A stretch of DNA of 64,000 nt from Phoronis australis (GCA_002633005.1 NMRA01000084.1:296320-360319); one strand, 5' to 3'; positions 35,299 through 48,670 are shown, counted from the stretch's first letter. Numbers and translations are program-made. The notes: generated by a model not told the origin, from the sequence alone.

Positions 35299-36997
35299 GT
35301 GCAACCCACCATGACAATGATTTGGATAACGCAGATTCGGATGCTCGTGCTTCGTGTTCGTATGTGATTTTTGTGGTTCGTGCGCATTTTTGTTCGTATG
35401 CGTGATATGTGGGTTCATATGCATGGAGCTTTCAGTTAAAACGAAACAGTTAGACGTGTGTGTATGCATTGTAAGTATGATACCCATTGCCAAAAAGCGT
35501 TCATTATCTATTTTCTGTTTCTACATAGACCTAGAACCATAATTTGTGAGGAAGCCGCAAACCTACTATCGTTATTATCTTCCAGAAAGTGGCAGATCCC
35601 GTGGGTTCGTCAACCATAATTGTCTGCTCGTTGCACGCATCGTGTTGAACATTGAAGAAGGTCCACCAACCTCTCAAACCCAATTTCAACAGAGCACTAT
35701 TGATGGCAACCAATTTCATATAAATCTAAGTGCCTGTATTTGACAACGCAGAGATTGAGAACCTCCACAACAGTCGTAGCCACAATTGTAAGGTATATTC
35801 TGCAAAATCCCACCCGAAAGCATCCTGTGACCGCGGAAAGTTCGCAGGAGTGAAGACGGAGATAGCAACGAGCATCCGCCATTACATGGCTACAAAAAGA
35901 ACGTGTTGCTCTTACGAGATAATCGTCTTCTACAAACTGAGTAATGCAGTGGACTGCCGGCATCTACCGTTGAAGTTCATGCCGATCTGGCAAATCGGAA
36001 GCTTCAATCATGTATTCAATTGGTGTATCAATTTTTAGATTTTAAGATTTTACAACTACAAATTAAGAATACCAAATGCAAATAGTCAATCTACAACCCT
36101 GTGTAGACAACCACCAGTTAGACTACTGGCGTAGACCTACGCGTAGTAAACTGTTACTTAGCATTACCATATCGTTTCTTATTATATTTATGAGTTTTTT
36201 CAGATTCTACGGAGCACCGAGATTAAAATTTAGCTACAAGTAACTTTACACTCATTGCAATCTTCTCATCATTGACTCCATCATTCCAGGTGTGGCGTGT
36301 AATACAACCACCTCAACCACCAACTGTGTTCGGTTGTTGCAAAGATGCCTGAAAAGGGTTCACAAGTGTTTGCCCTTGCCACAAGTGAAAATTGGTATGT
36401 CAGCATTCTGACTGCTCAAGACGTCTTTGAAATTATTTAACTAAAAGAAACCTTGAATCTTTTAAGGAATTGAACCAGCAGTAAAATACTTATGCGTGCT
36501 CAGGTAAACCTGCTGGGGAATTCCACCGTAACTATGTTTGGTAGAGAATGCTAAGTGTAATCCATCAACTCAGAAACGGATTCCTAGCAATCACCACCCG
36601 TCTCGACCGAATTCACATTTAAAATGGGTCACAAACGTCACATGCTCGCCTATATTTTTTCGTATTTTATCGGTCAAAGGACTAGTTGTGTGTTATGAAG
36701 TGGTTTCAAGGGGCGCGAGGCACCAAGCTGTGGACAAAGCTGCGCCGAACACGTATCCTCGAAAACACGACTCGACACAAGAGTTGCATCTCAAATAAAC
36801 TTTTCCGCCTCCTTATTGATTTTTAAACTAAACTACGAAACAGTGCGAATGATCATTTACGCTAAAATTAATGGTTTTATTGTAATTATAAATTTTGCAC
36901 GGCTGAGTGAAATAGATTTGTCCATCGTTGCCAACAGCTCCACGCATACACCGCTTAACGTCAGTGGAAAATATCTGTGCTCTGTAGGTACATAATA

Positions 36998-37046
36998 CTA
37001 CAAATACATATACATATACATATACAAATACATATACATATATATA
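36998..37046. repeat. (TACATA/TACAAA)n microsatellite
   Basis: Seen directly. Confidence 0.85.
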
Positions 37047-37244
37047 ACCGAATTGGGCGAATGTTATCGTTCTTCACAACTGGACAATTTAGGTCATTTC
37101 ACCCAGTTGTGCTGAAGGCCTTAAACCTTGAAAATGTTTGGTCTCCAAAACAAACTTTAATGTTACGTGAGGCCTTATTGGCAAGTATTTGTACTTAGCT
37201 AAGTATTGCCAAGAACTATAGCTTTTGAACCCAATATATATCCT

Positions 37245-37513
37245 CATGCGCGCACCCAGCCTAAAATATAGGGGTATGCGGACCTTGTACTGAAAAAAAT
37301 CAACGAGGACTAAAAAGAAAAAAAAAGAAAAAAACGAGGCCACTAGGTTCAGGCCTACAAATTGTCCATCACCGCCGAATTCCTGTGGATTTTGTGGACT
37401 TTTGTCTCGTTTACTCGGAAATTTTGTTTCACTGAGGCGGACCTTTTTGCCCAATTCGCCAAAATGGGGGCTCGTTCGAGCCCCCCCCCCGAGCACCCCT
37501 GCGTGCGCCCATG
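37245..37513. mobile_element. GC-rich MITE (family shared with 43853-44114)
   Basis: Termini CATGCGCGCACCCAG and CTGCGTGCGCCCATG, with a TATCCT direct repeat on both flanks (37239-37244, 37514-37519). Confidence 0.8.
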
Positions 37514-37567
37514 TATCCTGTAAGTTGGAATTTGAGTTTTGACTTCACGCTAAGCTAACACTAGTTG

Positions 37568-37795
37568 GATCACGTGACCATATGATTTTTAGTCCAAATT
37601 AGCAAAAGGTAAAGGTACACTGACAGGAACATGAGTACGCTTCTCATGATATAAAGTTTCAAGATCAAAAGTAAAAAACGCTCTTACAATTTCGCAAAAC
37701 TATATCATTTCGTTTTCTTTTCAGAACATTTTGAGAGTTTCCTTAAAAACCTTCAAAGTCCCGTTTTAATGGCCGCTCACGCGAGAAGTGGGCAT
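37568..37795 (+). repeat. Dispersed repeat, second copy of 32805-33050
   Basis: Colinear blocks starting TCACGTGACCAT. Confidence 0.55.
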
Positions 37796-38283
37796 GTTAA
37801 ACAACGACCCCTAATAACGTTTTGGAGAACAGTTCATAAATCCTGTTATTTGAATGGACCATATGAACTCGATCAGGCGTTTATGAAATGTGATGTTCCG
37901 GAGTTAGACAAATTTGAACTTTTTCTAGGGTCCCACATAACCTCAAAACATATACGTATGCGAATCTTCCGTTTTTTAATATTCCTCAGCTTAGGTGAAA
38001 ATCCAATGTATAATATATGTGTTGGCATAAACTGTATCATATCAGGAATATTCATGGACTGCACCATTGCACCATTAGCGCATGAAAAAATAAAAAGGCA
38101 CAAGTGCATGCCAACATGAACCTGTTCTTATTTTGATTACCCTTGGGGTTTCTGTTTCATATGTTACCACTTAAATTATACTAAGTCTGCTGCGCACAAC
38201 TTTTTGAAAAAATCACGCTTTTTATCATCAGGTGGGCCCAAAGGGCACATGTTCAAACCTGGTCAGGAATATCCCTGTCATGT

Positions 38284-38413
38284 CATGGGCGGCGCAGCAC
38301 TGAAAAAAGTAGGGGGGGCTAATGCCCCCAGCCCCCTTGTGGTGCACCGCCTATAGACCATGGGCGGCGCACCACTATAGCACCCGCCAGTCCGCTATGG
38401 TGCGCCGCCCATG
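38284..38413. mobile_element. Tandem pair of 55-75 bp hairpin mini-elements (CATGGGCGGCGCA...TGCGCCGCCCATG)
   Basis: Two units each have their own inverted termini. The flanks are CATGT and CATGC. Confidence 0.7.
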
Positions 38414-41079
38414 CATGCGATCAATTGCCCACAGCGACCACAACCTTTCACACTTCAAATTTATTCCCCACTATTTCTCGCGATCCACACTATGGATTTT
38501 TAACAGTTAAACCAGCATCTCTAACTTGAATTGTAATTTTAATTCAAGAAAATCAATACACCATGTCATGTACCGCTGATGAGTTTGACTGACCGAATTA
38601 CCTGTTGTGAATCTAGATTAAATTTTCTTAAATGTCGCACTCCACAGCTTACGTATTTGACCGAATTAGGGCCAACCCTGATATGATAGCAAGGAAATAT
38701 CAGGCTTCCCTGTGTATAAGTATAGATGCTGTCGGTTTTTATAATTTGAAAACCACGTCACCGTTTGATGATTTTCTACTTAACTGAACAAAACCACATA
38801 ATAGCTAACTTAAAGAACTGGAGAACAAATACTTAAGATATACAAAACAATGTGGATACTACGTTTTTTCTTTGCCTAAAAATCTCTGAACAGCATTAGT
38901 TGATTTCGGCGCAGATCAGTCTTTCTGGAGTTAAACGTTATTTAAAAAAAAAATTATATCTCTTCTTCCGTCAAAATATTTTTACTGCGACGATGTTTAG
39001 TACACAAACAAAAACATGATTCGATTTATTGTTAAAAAAATAACCGACAGATAACGACTACGTTTTATTTTATCTAAACAGCGAATTTCTAGGTAAATTT
39101 TTGCGAGCAACAAGTTGTTTAGTTTGGGGCTATGGTGATTGACAATTGAAATTGCGAAATAAGTATCTGTGTTTACAAAGACACCGTTAAAACCCAGCAT
39201 GTTTCCACGAGGAATTGAGTCACGGTGGCCCAAAAATCAGAAAATCAGGCGGAAATATTAAACCTACTTCATGTGAACTAAATTATACCTTGGAATTCAA
39301 GGACGTGTTAATTGAAGGTGGTTAAATTTTCAATAACGAGGCGCCATTCACTTGTTTGCACGTGCACATGTGCTGACAATTACAAGCGGCAAACTTCAGG
39401 AACAAACTTCATTAAAATTCATCGAGGCGGTTTGCGACGTAATTACATGACGGGATATGACATATTTTATGAGCTTTATTAACGCCGGCTACACCCAGAC
39501 ATCCGTTTGTCTATTTTGGAAAGAATTGTCAATTGCCTCCTTACGCAATCTCGCTGTACGAGTCAAGTGGATGAATAGCCAAGACTCTTTGAAAGACGAT
39601 GCTGACAATATCTGACCAGGCCATTACAAGCGTATCACTTTCAACTTCACAGTCAAGTGTCCCGTGGAGTGGGAACGGAAGACGAATTCGGGCTCTACGT
39701 TCATAGCCGCACGCGCGCAACCGCCAGGATGCTGGACGCCAACACGACGCGCACGCGCGCGCGTTCTCAAGGGGTTTAGAGTTTGAATGAGTACATCTCA
39801 ACCAGGCTTTTTCTGTCAACACTTAACAACTGCCGTGGCAGGAAATATCTGTGTTACGATTCAACCAAAACATATCTTGGTGTTGTAAATAATAGTTGCG
39901 TCTAATCATAATTCCGTGGACGGCCGGTGTTAGTTACACGGAGTAACAAAATACTGTTGTGTGCACGGTCTCTCGAATGTAAAGAATGGCAGTGAGCCTG
40001 TCTTTCTCATTACTGTCCAGCCTGACGTGACCGAATTTCTTATAACACTTGGTTGAAGTGGCGTTTTTAGTGTCACACCACTGTGATTTCTAGTAAACAC
40101 CGTGTTCTTTTTTATCTTAACAACACGTATATTAATACCACGCGGCCGTAGCCATTAAACAATCACGAGTCTAATATAACCGAGGTAGAGTGTATTCATA
40201 TTTTATACATATAAAATATATACTAATTAAAATTTTGTTTGAAATGCTTCACTAGAAGTGAAGTCCATTAAAGGAATGGATGATAATTATTTTTATGGAA
40301 CTGTGAAATAAAAGGATAAATCCTATGACGTACGTAGTGTTGCCCTGCATATAACCAGTTCATTTCATTAGCGCTAGGCAACCCTAAATAATTGCACGCG
40401 CAATAAATCCCTTACAAACGGCGTGACATTGGGCGTCGTGAATGGAACGAACAATTTATCTCAACGAATTCGTTTGATGGATACCAGATCCTACATTTTA
40501 ATCGAAGAAGAAAATTCGGTCAATGTATGCAAGACGACGTGCATTCGTGGGTCGTCTAGTTGTATAATACAATATAAGTGATTATTTCAAAGACTTGAAT
40601 CAAGGAACAATGCATTTATGTCTTATAAATGTATATTTAATTACCTCTGATCATTAATAAAGTCATTTAATATTGCTCTGTAAATTATAGTTTAAGCGCG
40701 AGGTGTGGTGTTTTATAATTATCTAGAAAAATAAAATAACTGACCACAAGCACAAAGATGGTCATTATCAAATGTTGTTTACAAACGTAATCACGATGTC
40801 ATGTCTCAGGATGACCGAGTCGGTCTCGACCAAATTAATAAACATTACGGTAATGTCTTAGTCTAGCTAAATAAATGGGCCAAACGTTTTCCTTGTAATT
40901 ACTTTGAAGATGGTGGGTGATTTACGCGGTGCCACAGTCACGGCCAAATTATTAAACGTAACGAGAAAATAAAGTTTAAGAACCCTTAGTCGTCGTTGAA
41001 GCATGCTGAAAGCGACAGTTATCCTCTTCGATGACTCGTAATGACAAGTCGGTAATTTATGAGTTTTGAGACAACCTAC

Positions 41080-41425
41080 CTGATATTTGACTTGAAACAG
41101 ACGATCTCTGTTTGGGATTTTGCCGCGATTCTCTCATCCAGGGGTACATCTCAGTCGACCGTGCGTCTATACCCGTAGGACTGACGGGCGATCCATTTTG
41201 GGGATACGTCCCTTGCATGCAGGAGTTGACGTAGGCTGTCTGGTATTCTATATCTGCTTCGCTCACAGGCGGAATATGCGACCCTTGTAACAAACAACTG
41301 GAGCGAAAATTGTCCACAGGCGCAGTCGTCGCGAACACTTGACTGTGATCATATGAGTAGCCGTGGGGCGCTGAATAATAGCCATGATATGCCTCGGACG
41401 GGTCGTAGAAACTGGTTTTGTGCAT
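41080..41425 (-). CDS. Hox3: Hox3 exon 1
   Basis: MHKTSFYD N-terminus (compare the Hox3 MQKxxYYD motif) and hexapeptide MYPWMRESRQN. Donor G|GTAGG at 41079 is phase 1 and matches exon 2, giving a joined protein of 298 aa. An alternative in-frame ATG lies at 41461. Confidence 0.93.
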
Positions 41426-41477
41426 GGTAAATTTTATTTCATTCTGACAAAGTCGGGACATACTGCTCAAATAACAT

Positions 41478-41545
41478 TGCCATCAGCAGTCACGTGCAGC
41501 CGACTTAGCCAATCGTTTCTGAGATCCTGCCTGACCTGCGGGTCA
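41478..41545 (-). promoter_or_regulatory. Hox3 proximal CCAAT (NF-Y) plus E-box (USF-type) module
   Basis: AGCCAATC (41507-41514) and GTCACGTG (41489-41496) lie 65-90 bp upstream of the ATG. TGACCT-gc-GGGTCA everted half-sites at 41532-41545. Confidence 0.55.
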
Positions 41546-43039
41546 CATTGATGAGTGTCTTGCAGGAAAACACGTTTATCACTGGCATTACGTGTTCTGG
41601 CTGATATGAAAGTGACTGCGTTATAGGCGTACTGTTGCTTTCCTATCGTGGGTTCTATAAAAAGAGAAATCCTTTGACAGTTAGAGGTACATTATGGATG
41701 TTTCAGTCGTATATTTTTCAAACTGTGAAAATCGTTTCGACTCTGCTGCAATTCGATATGTCACTTTATTTTCGGTGGACGAAAATGCGGAGTGTTTTTT
41801 CTGCAATGGTTATTTAGTCAACTGGGATTCTCATTTAATTTTGTTGAACTGCGTGAACTCAAAGCAAGCTTGCTTGTAATTGTTGCCTCGTTGGCTAATA
41901 TAGATGTCTTTTTCTTTCGTGAGGGACCTAAAGGTCATCTGGTTTCATCATCGTTCGTGAGAAAATGTAGTGAGAATAAACAAGACCTCTGTTCTTATTA
42001 TTCCAGTAGAAGTAGGGTATTAGATGCATTTTCAAAAAGTTAAAAAGATCTTGGGGTAGAGAGCGGCAAAGAAACGTGTTGGCTGGTAAGGAAATAAGTT
42101 CACGAAATCGGTCTACGTAAATATTTCGTTTTGTGCATCAATTCATCAAACAAGATCAATAATTATTCTTAGACAAACTTGCACGATGAAACAGTTTGTC
42201 CGTTATTTAGTCTTGGCTAACAAGAGCTAAGCTATTGAAACTGGTGGTCGTTTCATTTTTACGAGTCAGTAGAATATTTATAGGATCTTCTCAAAATGAC
42301 CATTCCTGCACCTAATTTTGATTATTGTCAACTAGTAATCGTTAGAGGTGAGTTGCACCTCGACGTAAGCCGTGTTGTCGAATGTGCCGGTGGGCCGGTA
42401 CAGAGGGACGCGATGATGTGGGTCTATAACAGATTAATCATAACACTCGTTTTAATGAGACAGATATTACCCTGCTCGACACTACCCACATGACATTATC
42501 AACAATCACAGTTATTTTGGTCGTGCATGAACGATCTTAAGAACCGATAAGAATAGTGCGTACTACGTTTTCCGTTGGAGTTGTAACTTGTGCCTTGTGA
42601 ACGGCAATGGAGTGCAACTTTTGCCGTATCAGAGTCGGCTGAGAGTGTTTAAATTGCAATTATTTGTGTATTGAATTGTTGCACGATGTTTCTGTTCCTG
42701 GCTGTAATGACTGTGTGTTTTAATTACACCTATCGGTATCATTAAGTCTGTAGGGCACTCCAGTCATCGACAACGCGTCAATGCAGAAACAATGTTTTGC
42801 AAATCTTTGGGCGCCACCTCAAAGAAAATAGTGTGTTAATAAACTTTATTATTTACGACCTTTGCCCTCAAGGGACACATGTTAACCAATTATCATCACT
42901 GAACCTTTTTCTTGGTTTGTGGTTATTAGCTTAGAGTCAGGGTTTTGAGAGAATTATCGCAGTTTAATAAAATTCCCGATGCTACGTGGTTTGCAATCCA
43001 TCGCTGTTACTTCTGCAATGTTTGATGTTCACTCTTTAA

Positions 43040-43230
43040 GAGACATTATCGGTTTTACGGCCGAAAACGCATTTTCGAGATAGTGTTGACTGGAATAGAC
43101 TTCTTGAAATTAAAAGATTTGATTTTAGTTTTAAACTAACCAAGTACGTATTTTTTGTGATTTTATTGCATCTCGCCAATTCCCGCCATTGTCTGTCAGA
43201 CATTCGCGCTGAAATCAAGGTCGATGAACG
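43040..43230 (+). repeat. TTAA-flanked repeat end (inverted copy at about 63775-63957)
   Basis: TCGCCAATTCCCGCCATTGTC..TCAGACATTCGC..TGAAATCA is the reverse complement of about 63784-63826. Both copies abut TTAA. Confidence 0.65.
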
Positions 43231-43852
43231 TACTAATTAGCAGTCCAAAAATGGATATGTGACGTTCTGCGTACATCACTAATACCGAACACTGTCGTTT
43301 TTGTATTTCACGGGACCTGCTTAATGATAACTGTAACTATTGCCATTTGCAAACAAACCAAATTGTCTCGTAGACTTGTTGTTTGCACTGGCTTAGAGTG
43401 ACGTAATATGATGTCATTATCTTGCTTAATTTAATCGCTTCTCACCAATAATAGAATAAAGATTGCGTTTTTTATTTAGAGGCACTAAAATAGCAATATC
43501 GGTTACGTAGAGAGATACTAAAATTTATGCACAATATGCACCTTCCAGAAGCCATAAAAATGTTTGCAATTACATTAATATGCCTACCGAAAGTGATGAG
43601 AAGTACTGTAGCTCCCAACCAGCCAACCGAAGGGCTACGTGTTGCCTATAAAAACGCAACTCATCGAAAAAGACAAGTTGACCATCAGGTTACAGTGCAT
43701 TTTTATCTTCGCACAGTAACTATAGTAGCGTTGCCTGTGGTTTGGAGTTAGCCGGGTGTGCGCGTTTATCTAATGTCATCGACTAACTCGGCAAAACCGT
43801 TAGTCGTGCTTGGCTTTATTAAAACCTTTGAGGCACGATGAAGGTCGCGTAA

Positions 43853-44114
43853 CATGCGCGCACCCAGCCTTCAATATTGGGGGGCTCGAATTTCCGACGT
43901 TGTGGACCTTTTGCTAACAAAAGACCTAGCGGACTAAAAAAATAAAAAAAACAGGAACACCGTTTGCGCTTATTTAGTGGACTTTCTGTCCCATTTTCTC
44001 GGACTTTTTGTATCTCGGAGGCGGACGTTTTTGCCCATATCGCAAAATGGGGGGCTCCTTCGAGCCCCCCGAGCCCCCCGAGCCCCCCAAGCCCCCCCCC
44101 TGGGTGCGGGCTTG
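43853..44114. mobile_element. GC-rich MITE, second copy of the 37245 family, with (GAGCCCCCC)n
   Basis: CATGCGCGCACCCAGCCT...GGACTAAAAA...GAGGCGGAC.TTTTTGCCCA..TCGC.AAAATGGGGG...CTGGGTGCGGGCTTG. Confidence 0.8.
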
Positions 44115-44204
44115 CATTATATTATTTGGTTTCAAATGCTGACGGAAATGATTAATTCCAAGTTAACGACTGCCAATAGCCTGAAACAAGGTTCAAGTTC
44201 AATA

Positions 44205-44360
44205 ACGGTAGGACCTCGTTAGGACCTCACTACGACCTCGCTAGGACCTCGCTAGAAAAGCATGATTTCGTTAGCCGTAGCGTATTGTCGTGTATTTTAA
44301 ATGAGAACGCGTGATTTTGGCTAGATTTTTCAAGCGTTTGATGTTACAGCTACTGAACTC
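44205..44360 (+). repeat. Dispersed repeat, copy 2, with 11-bp tandem (TAGGACCTCGC)x4
   Basis: See 15680-15805. The tandem units are at about 44209-44255. Confidence 0.65.
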
Positions 44361-45151
44361 TATCAGGGCCTTGTTAGTTGTTGGTAATCACGGGCTCGCA
44401 TTACGCACGGGACTACCCGGATGCACCGCTGTGTTAATGGTTTGAATCGTGGTGAAGGAAAGGGTTTATTTAAACCTGGTGCTACGTAACAGACGTTAAC
44501 GGTGAGCAAGGATGAAACTTGAATATTTGTTGATAACTGAGAACAATTTAATAATAAACTCGTCAATTTGGCGGTTGATAACGTTCTTAGTTGAAAAAAA
44601 AACATTATTTCAAGATTGGTTTGATGTTCGTGTTCTCTCGGATACCTGCGACCCACTCTGACGCACAGTAGCAGAGCGGGTGACGGGAATGAAATGGGTC
44701 GCAAAATGCTTATTGTAGATCCAACGCATGATGTCCGTCCTTTGACGACTTTACAAAGTCACATGCTGATCATACATGTATATGCAATCAGGTTTACGTG
44801 ACAGACAGACACGTTCATATGCAGGTCCACTGTGCTCTTTACGCTTCGGTGATAACCAGAACACCAGTGGCCGGCCTTGATGCTGGTACAGCTTATTTAT
44901 CGTAGACAACAAGCGCAAGTCACCGTTACTGAAATACAATGGTAGTTTCATTTCAAATTATCATGTGCAAATAAGCACATCTGTCTGTGAATAATGTGTT
45001 CGGGAACTAATTAATAAAAGCTGCATTTTATTTGTGACACACTTCCTTTTGTGTAACTATTTCTGAATTAATGTTAGTCAATAAACGAATGGAATCAGAT
45101 ATGGTCTTCGTTCAAGATATTCTGGAGGTTCAACACAAATTGAAAATTCTG

Positions 45152-45258
45152 CATATATTATATTATCACATTATATTATATAATATTATATTATATTATT
45201 TGATATTACATCATATTATATTATATTATATGATATTACATTATATTATATTATTATG
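45152..45258. repeat. (TATTA)n microsatellite
   Basis: Seen directly. Confidence 0.9.
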
Positions 45259-48200
45259 ACTTGCTCATCACGGCTTTGCATGCACTCCCTCTTACAAATC
45301 TAAATCCACTCATTTTCCGTGATTTAAAGGGTAAATAACACACCCCTTCCGGTCAGCCAACTTTTATTCTACTTATGCCGTATAATCGGTCTCACCTTGT
45401 TATTTACCCAGTTTAAAGTTGAGAAGAACTGCCAGGCGGTTTTTTGTTGCTTCAGATCTGCTCCATAGTAAGTTGCTCGTTACGGTTGATTAGCTGCAAT
45501 CGTCGAGTCAAGAACGACCGCGAGAGGAACTCCACACGACCAACTCTGACCAAGTTTAAATCAAACATTGCGAATGTAAATACACTTTTCGAGAAAATTT
45601 GATTCAGCGTTTCAACGCTAAAAGATGGTTTAATACACAGCGGCTTTAAAGAATTTTATTCTCTTCGCCAGCGGGAGGTGAAATGTCTTGCGTGATCACT
45701 GACATTCGGTCTCAGACTCCGTGTCTTACAGAAAACATTTAAACTGTTGATTTGATTCAGATTGCGCTATACATTGTTCTGAACCTTTTGCTTGCTATCG
45801 ATGAGGAATGGTTTCAGGCTCTGGAGAATTTGATAGGTCAGTTGCGCGTGAGACCGTTTTAGGAGCACTGAATAAGATGCCGAGTCTGGTCTCAACTAAC
45901 AAGACCAAACTGTCAGTTCCATCCAATCGTCTCTAATCCGAGTAAATAACAAGTTATAACCAGGTATATGGTGATAAGCGTCCTAATTCAAACGTAGTTT
46001 TTGTGGAAGGTGGGTTCTTAACCGCTTTAAATTGGTCTATAACCTCCGACCTTCAAGTCTTAGAGAAACCTTCACGGTATGGCGTTGGCTTGAGAATCTA
46101 CTGAAACGTCTTCGGCATGGCCGGGTTTGATGGATGTTTTCGTTACAGAATAAACTGATAGAGGATTTTGGAATGATTTTACGAGGTCAATACAGCCGAT
46201 AAAACCACTGTAAGGTATAATTTGGAAAACTATAAAAAAAAAACGAAAAAAGACATGTTACGGCTAAAACAGTGTAGTGTCTCTTTCATTTCGGAAGTCT
46301 TCGGTATGGGTTGCGCTCTTGAAACCACACATATAAACATTGAGTTTGTTTTATGTCCTTACAGTAGCCGGTTCCAGATCTCACAACATTTTAGAACGTA
46401 ACAACTAACGCCGTAACGTGGGCCGCCAGAGAAATCGACAACTGTCGCTAGTTCATAAGTGAAGTTCAGTAGAACTTAACTGAAAGTGGCGGACATTTTG
46501 TTGGTGCACCACCAGGAATTTGAAAATGAGGTGTTTTATATACCCTTAGTCGGAAACAAACGTTTGATTGTGACCCCTTCGATGTTAAAAAGAATTGACT
46601 TGTCGTCTCAATTTGTTCTTCAGTGCTCTGTCGCAGCGAGTTATTTATCACGATACGTTTTCAAGAATATGCAACGGACTAAAAACTGAGTGGGAACTAA
46701 GTAAATGTTAGAGAGGGTATCTCTGTTGTTGGATAAATTTTACTAACGAGACATGATCATGTGACCCCGGCGCTTAAAGTCGGGTTATTAAGAAGTTAGA
46801 AAACAGTACGTGCGGTGTGCTGTTATTAAAGAGGTTCGAACCGTGTACATGACAATGACATTTGCAGCACCTTTTGTCAAAGGTCCCTTTCGCCGATGTT
46901 TGGCTGGCTGTTACTGTTGAATTCTTGACTGAACGGGGCTTTTGGCCGGGTCTCACAAAAACAGTAACCTATCTTAACCTTGTTGCCGCAACTCAACTCA
47001 CAGGCGATGCGTAAGTGCGTTGTTTTCGAAATTCGAGTCCCAATAAAACGTGGAACATTTTCGTGAGACGCTCGTCGTTTCAACGTTCTTCTTGGTAATG
47101 GAAACCGAGTCTTACCTCTGTAAAGAATATTATGAGGTGATGGGATTTAATCTTAGTTTTGGTTTTTGGTAACTGGTCTTTAATGAAATGCCGTTTAACT
47201 ATTATATATTGCAGGCTAATTTCTGAAAGTTAAAGAACATACTCCATTTATTAAGACAAAATCCAATACCATTGTTCTCGTGTATGTCTACAAATGCTGT
47301 TATCACGCAGGATTGCAAGTTAACTGATCGAGGCGAATTCCACAAGCGCAGATTTATCCGAGGACACTCTAGTCAAGGGACAATGGCAACAAAATAAACA
47401 ACCTGATTTCCTGGTACCTAACTTACAATAAGATGGATTTTATTTTTTTATGCTCCGCCTCTTAAAATTCAATCGAATTCACAACAATGCGCTGAATTTA
47501 GAATGTGTCGATCTTGGATCGTTCACGATACATATATCATTCGCACTAACTATAAAAACACCTCGTGAGTTCCGAGATGACCCAATCCGGAGGTAGGTTT
47601 ATTCTGATGAATTTTACCGACGTCTAACTCGAGTGAGTTTTGCGTGTTCTATTTGTCTTACGTAGAATACCTGCATTTGCGATTTACAATTAAAACAAAA
47701 TCGTCCACCTCACGTTGTGTGGTCTATTTCATTGCAGTAATGTTTATTGCGAGAACGTGAAGTATTTTTAGTAACTCGTGCATGCAACCAAATTGCGCAT
47801 ATAGCAAGGCACAGAAAACCGGAGTTAATGTGTGGAAACCTCAAAGCCACGCCCATTGTAATAAGTAGAACCCACATGCCTCTGTCGAATACATGACTTT
47901 GTTCGGAAGCTCCCTATCTCGCTTAGGCAATTTCCGCGGGAAAACCAGTCTTTCGCCTGTGCTGGAGTACGCTCATAATGAAATGCGCAAAACTGATGCA
48001 AAAGATTTCCTAGAGACCACAATTGTTGTTGTATAAAACGGTTTGTACGTTTAGAATTGACTTTGTACAGAATAATAACAAACTTAAAAACTAACAGATA
48101 TTCGTGTATTTCTATAAGGTTTTCAAAGTGCGAAAGACTAGCTATCTCACGAGACGGCAAACTGCGCGCTCTAGTGACCAAACGTAACTGCTTCACACGC

Positions 48201-48424
48201 ATGTTTTAGCGTTCCAGTAAGAGTAAGATAATACGCACAACTCTTTATGCAATTCTAGAGTTATATCTGAGCTTTGCAAATTGAACATGCGCAAAAATTG
48301 TATTTTCTTATCACTAGAACACAAAATCATGAAACCACGCGATCGTTAACAATCGTTGTCAGTTTCCAAAATATATGTTGAGTGGATTTCTGACAAGTAT
48401 TGTATTGGGTCTGTATACTAAAGG

Positions 48425-48670
48425 AGGAGGCAGTGTGGCCTGGTTGATATGTGCTCGCTTTCTTTACTCGAGGTCGTGGGTTCAAGTCCCACTGGGCCAC
48501 ACTGCTAAACCCTTGAGCCAGGTTTCTAGCTCCTCAGCTCGGTTTGAACCGTATATCAATAAAGCATAAAATATTTCCAGGTGATCAGTGCAATGGGCTC
48601 ACATGCGAGGGCTGCGCACGTCTGGTACAACGTGTATCAGACCGCCTGCAATTATTTTTATAAATATTAT
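48425..48670 (+). mobile_element. Decayed tRNA-derived SINE
   Basis: A-box-like TGGCCTGGTTGA, B-box GGTTCAAGTCC (48479-48489), then a CCCTTGAGCCAGG core-like motif and an AT-rich tail. No proper cloverleaf. Confidence 0.6.

Noticed and set aside
46290-46335. Minus-strand VWFQE as a homeobox remnant
   Set aside because: The invariant Asn is missing and there is no flanking homeodomain similarity.
48425-48505. tRNA gene
   Set aside because: A/B boxes are present but there is no valid acceptor or anticodon stem; interpreted as a SINE head.
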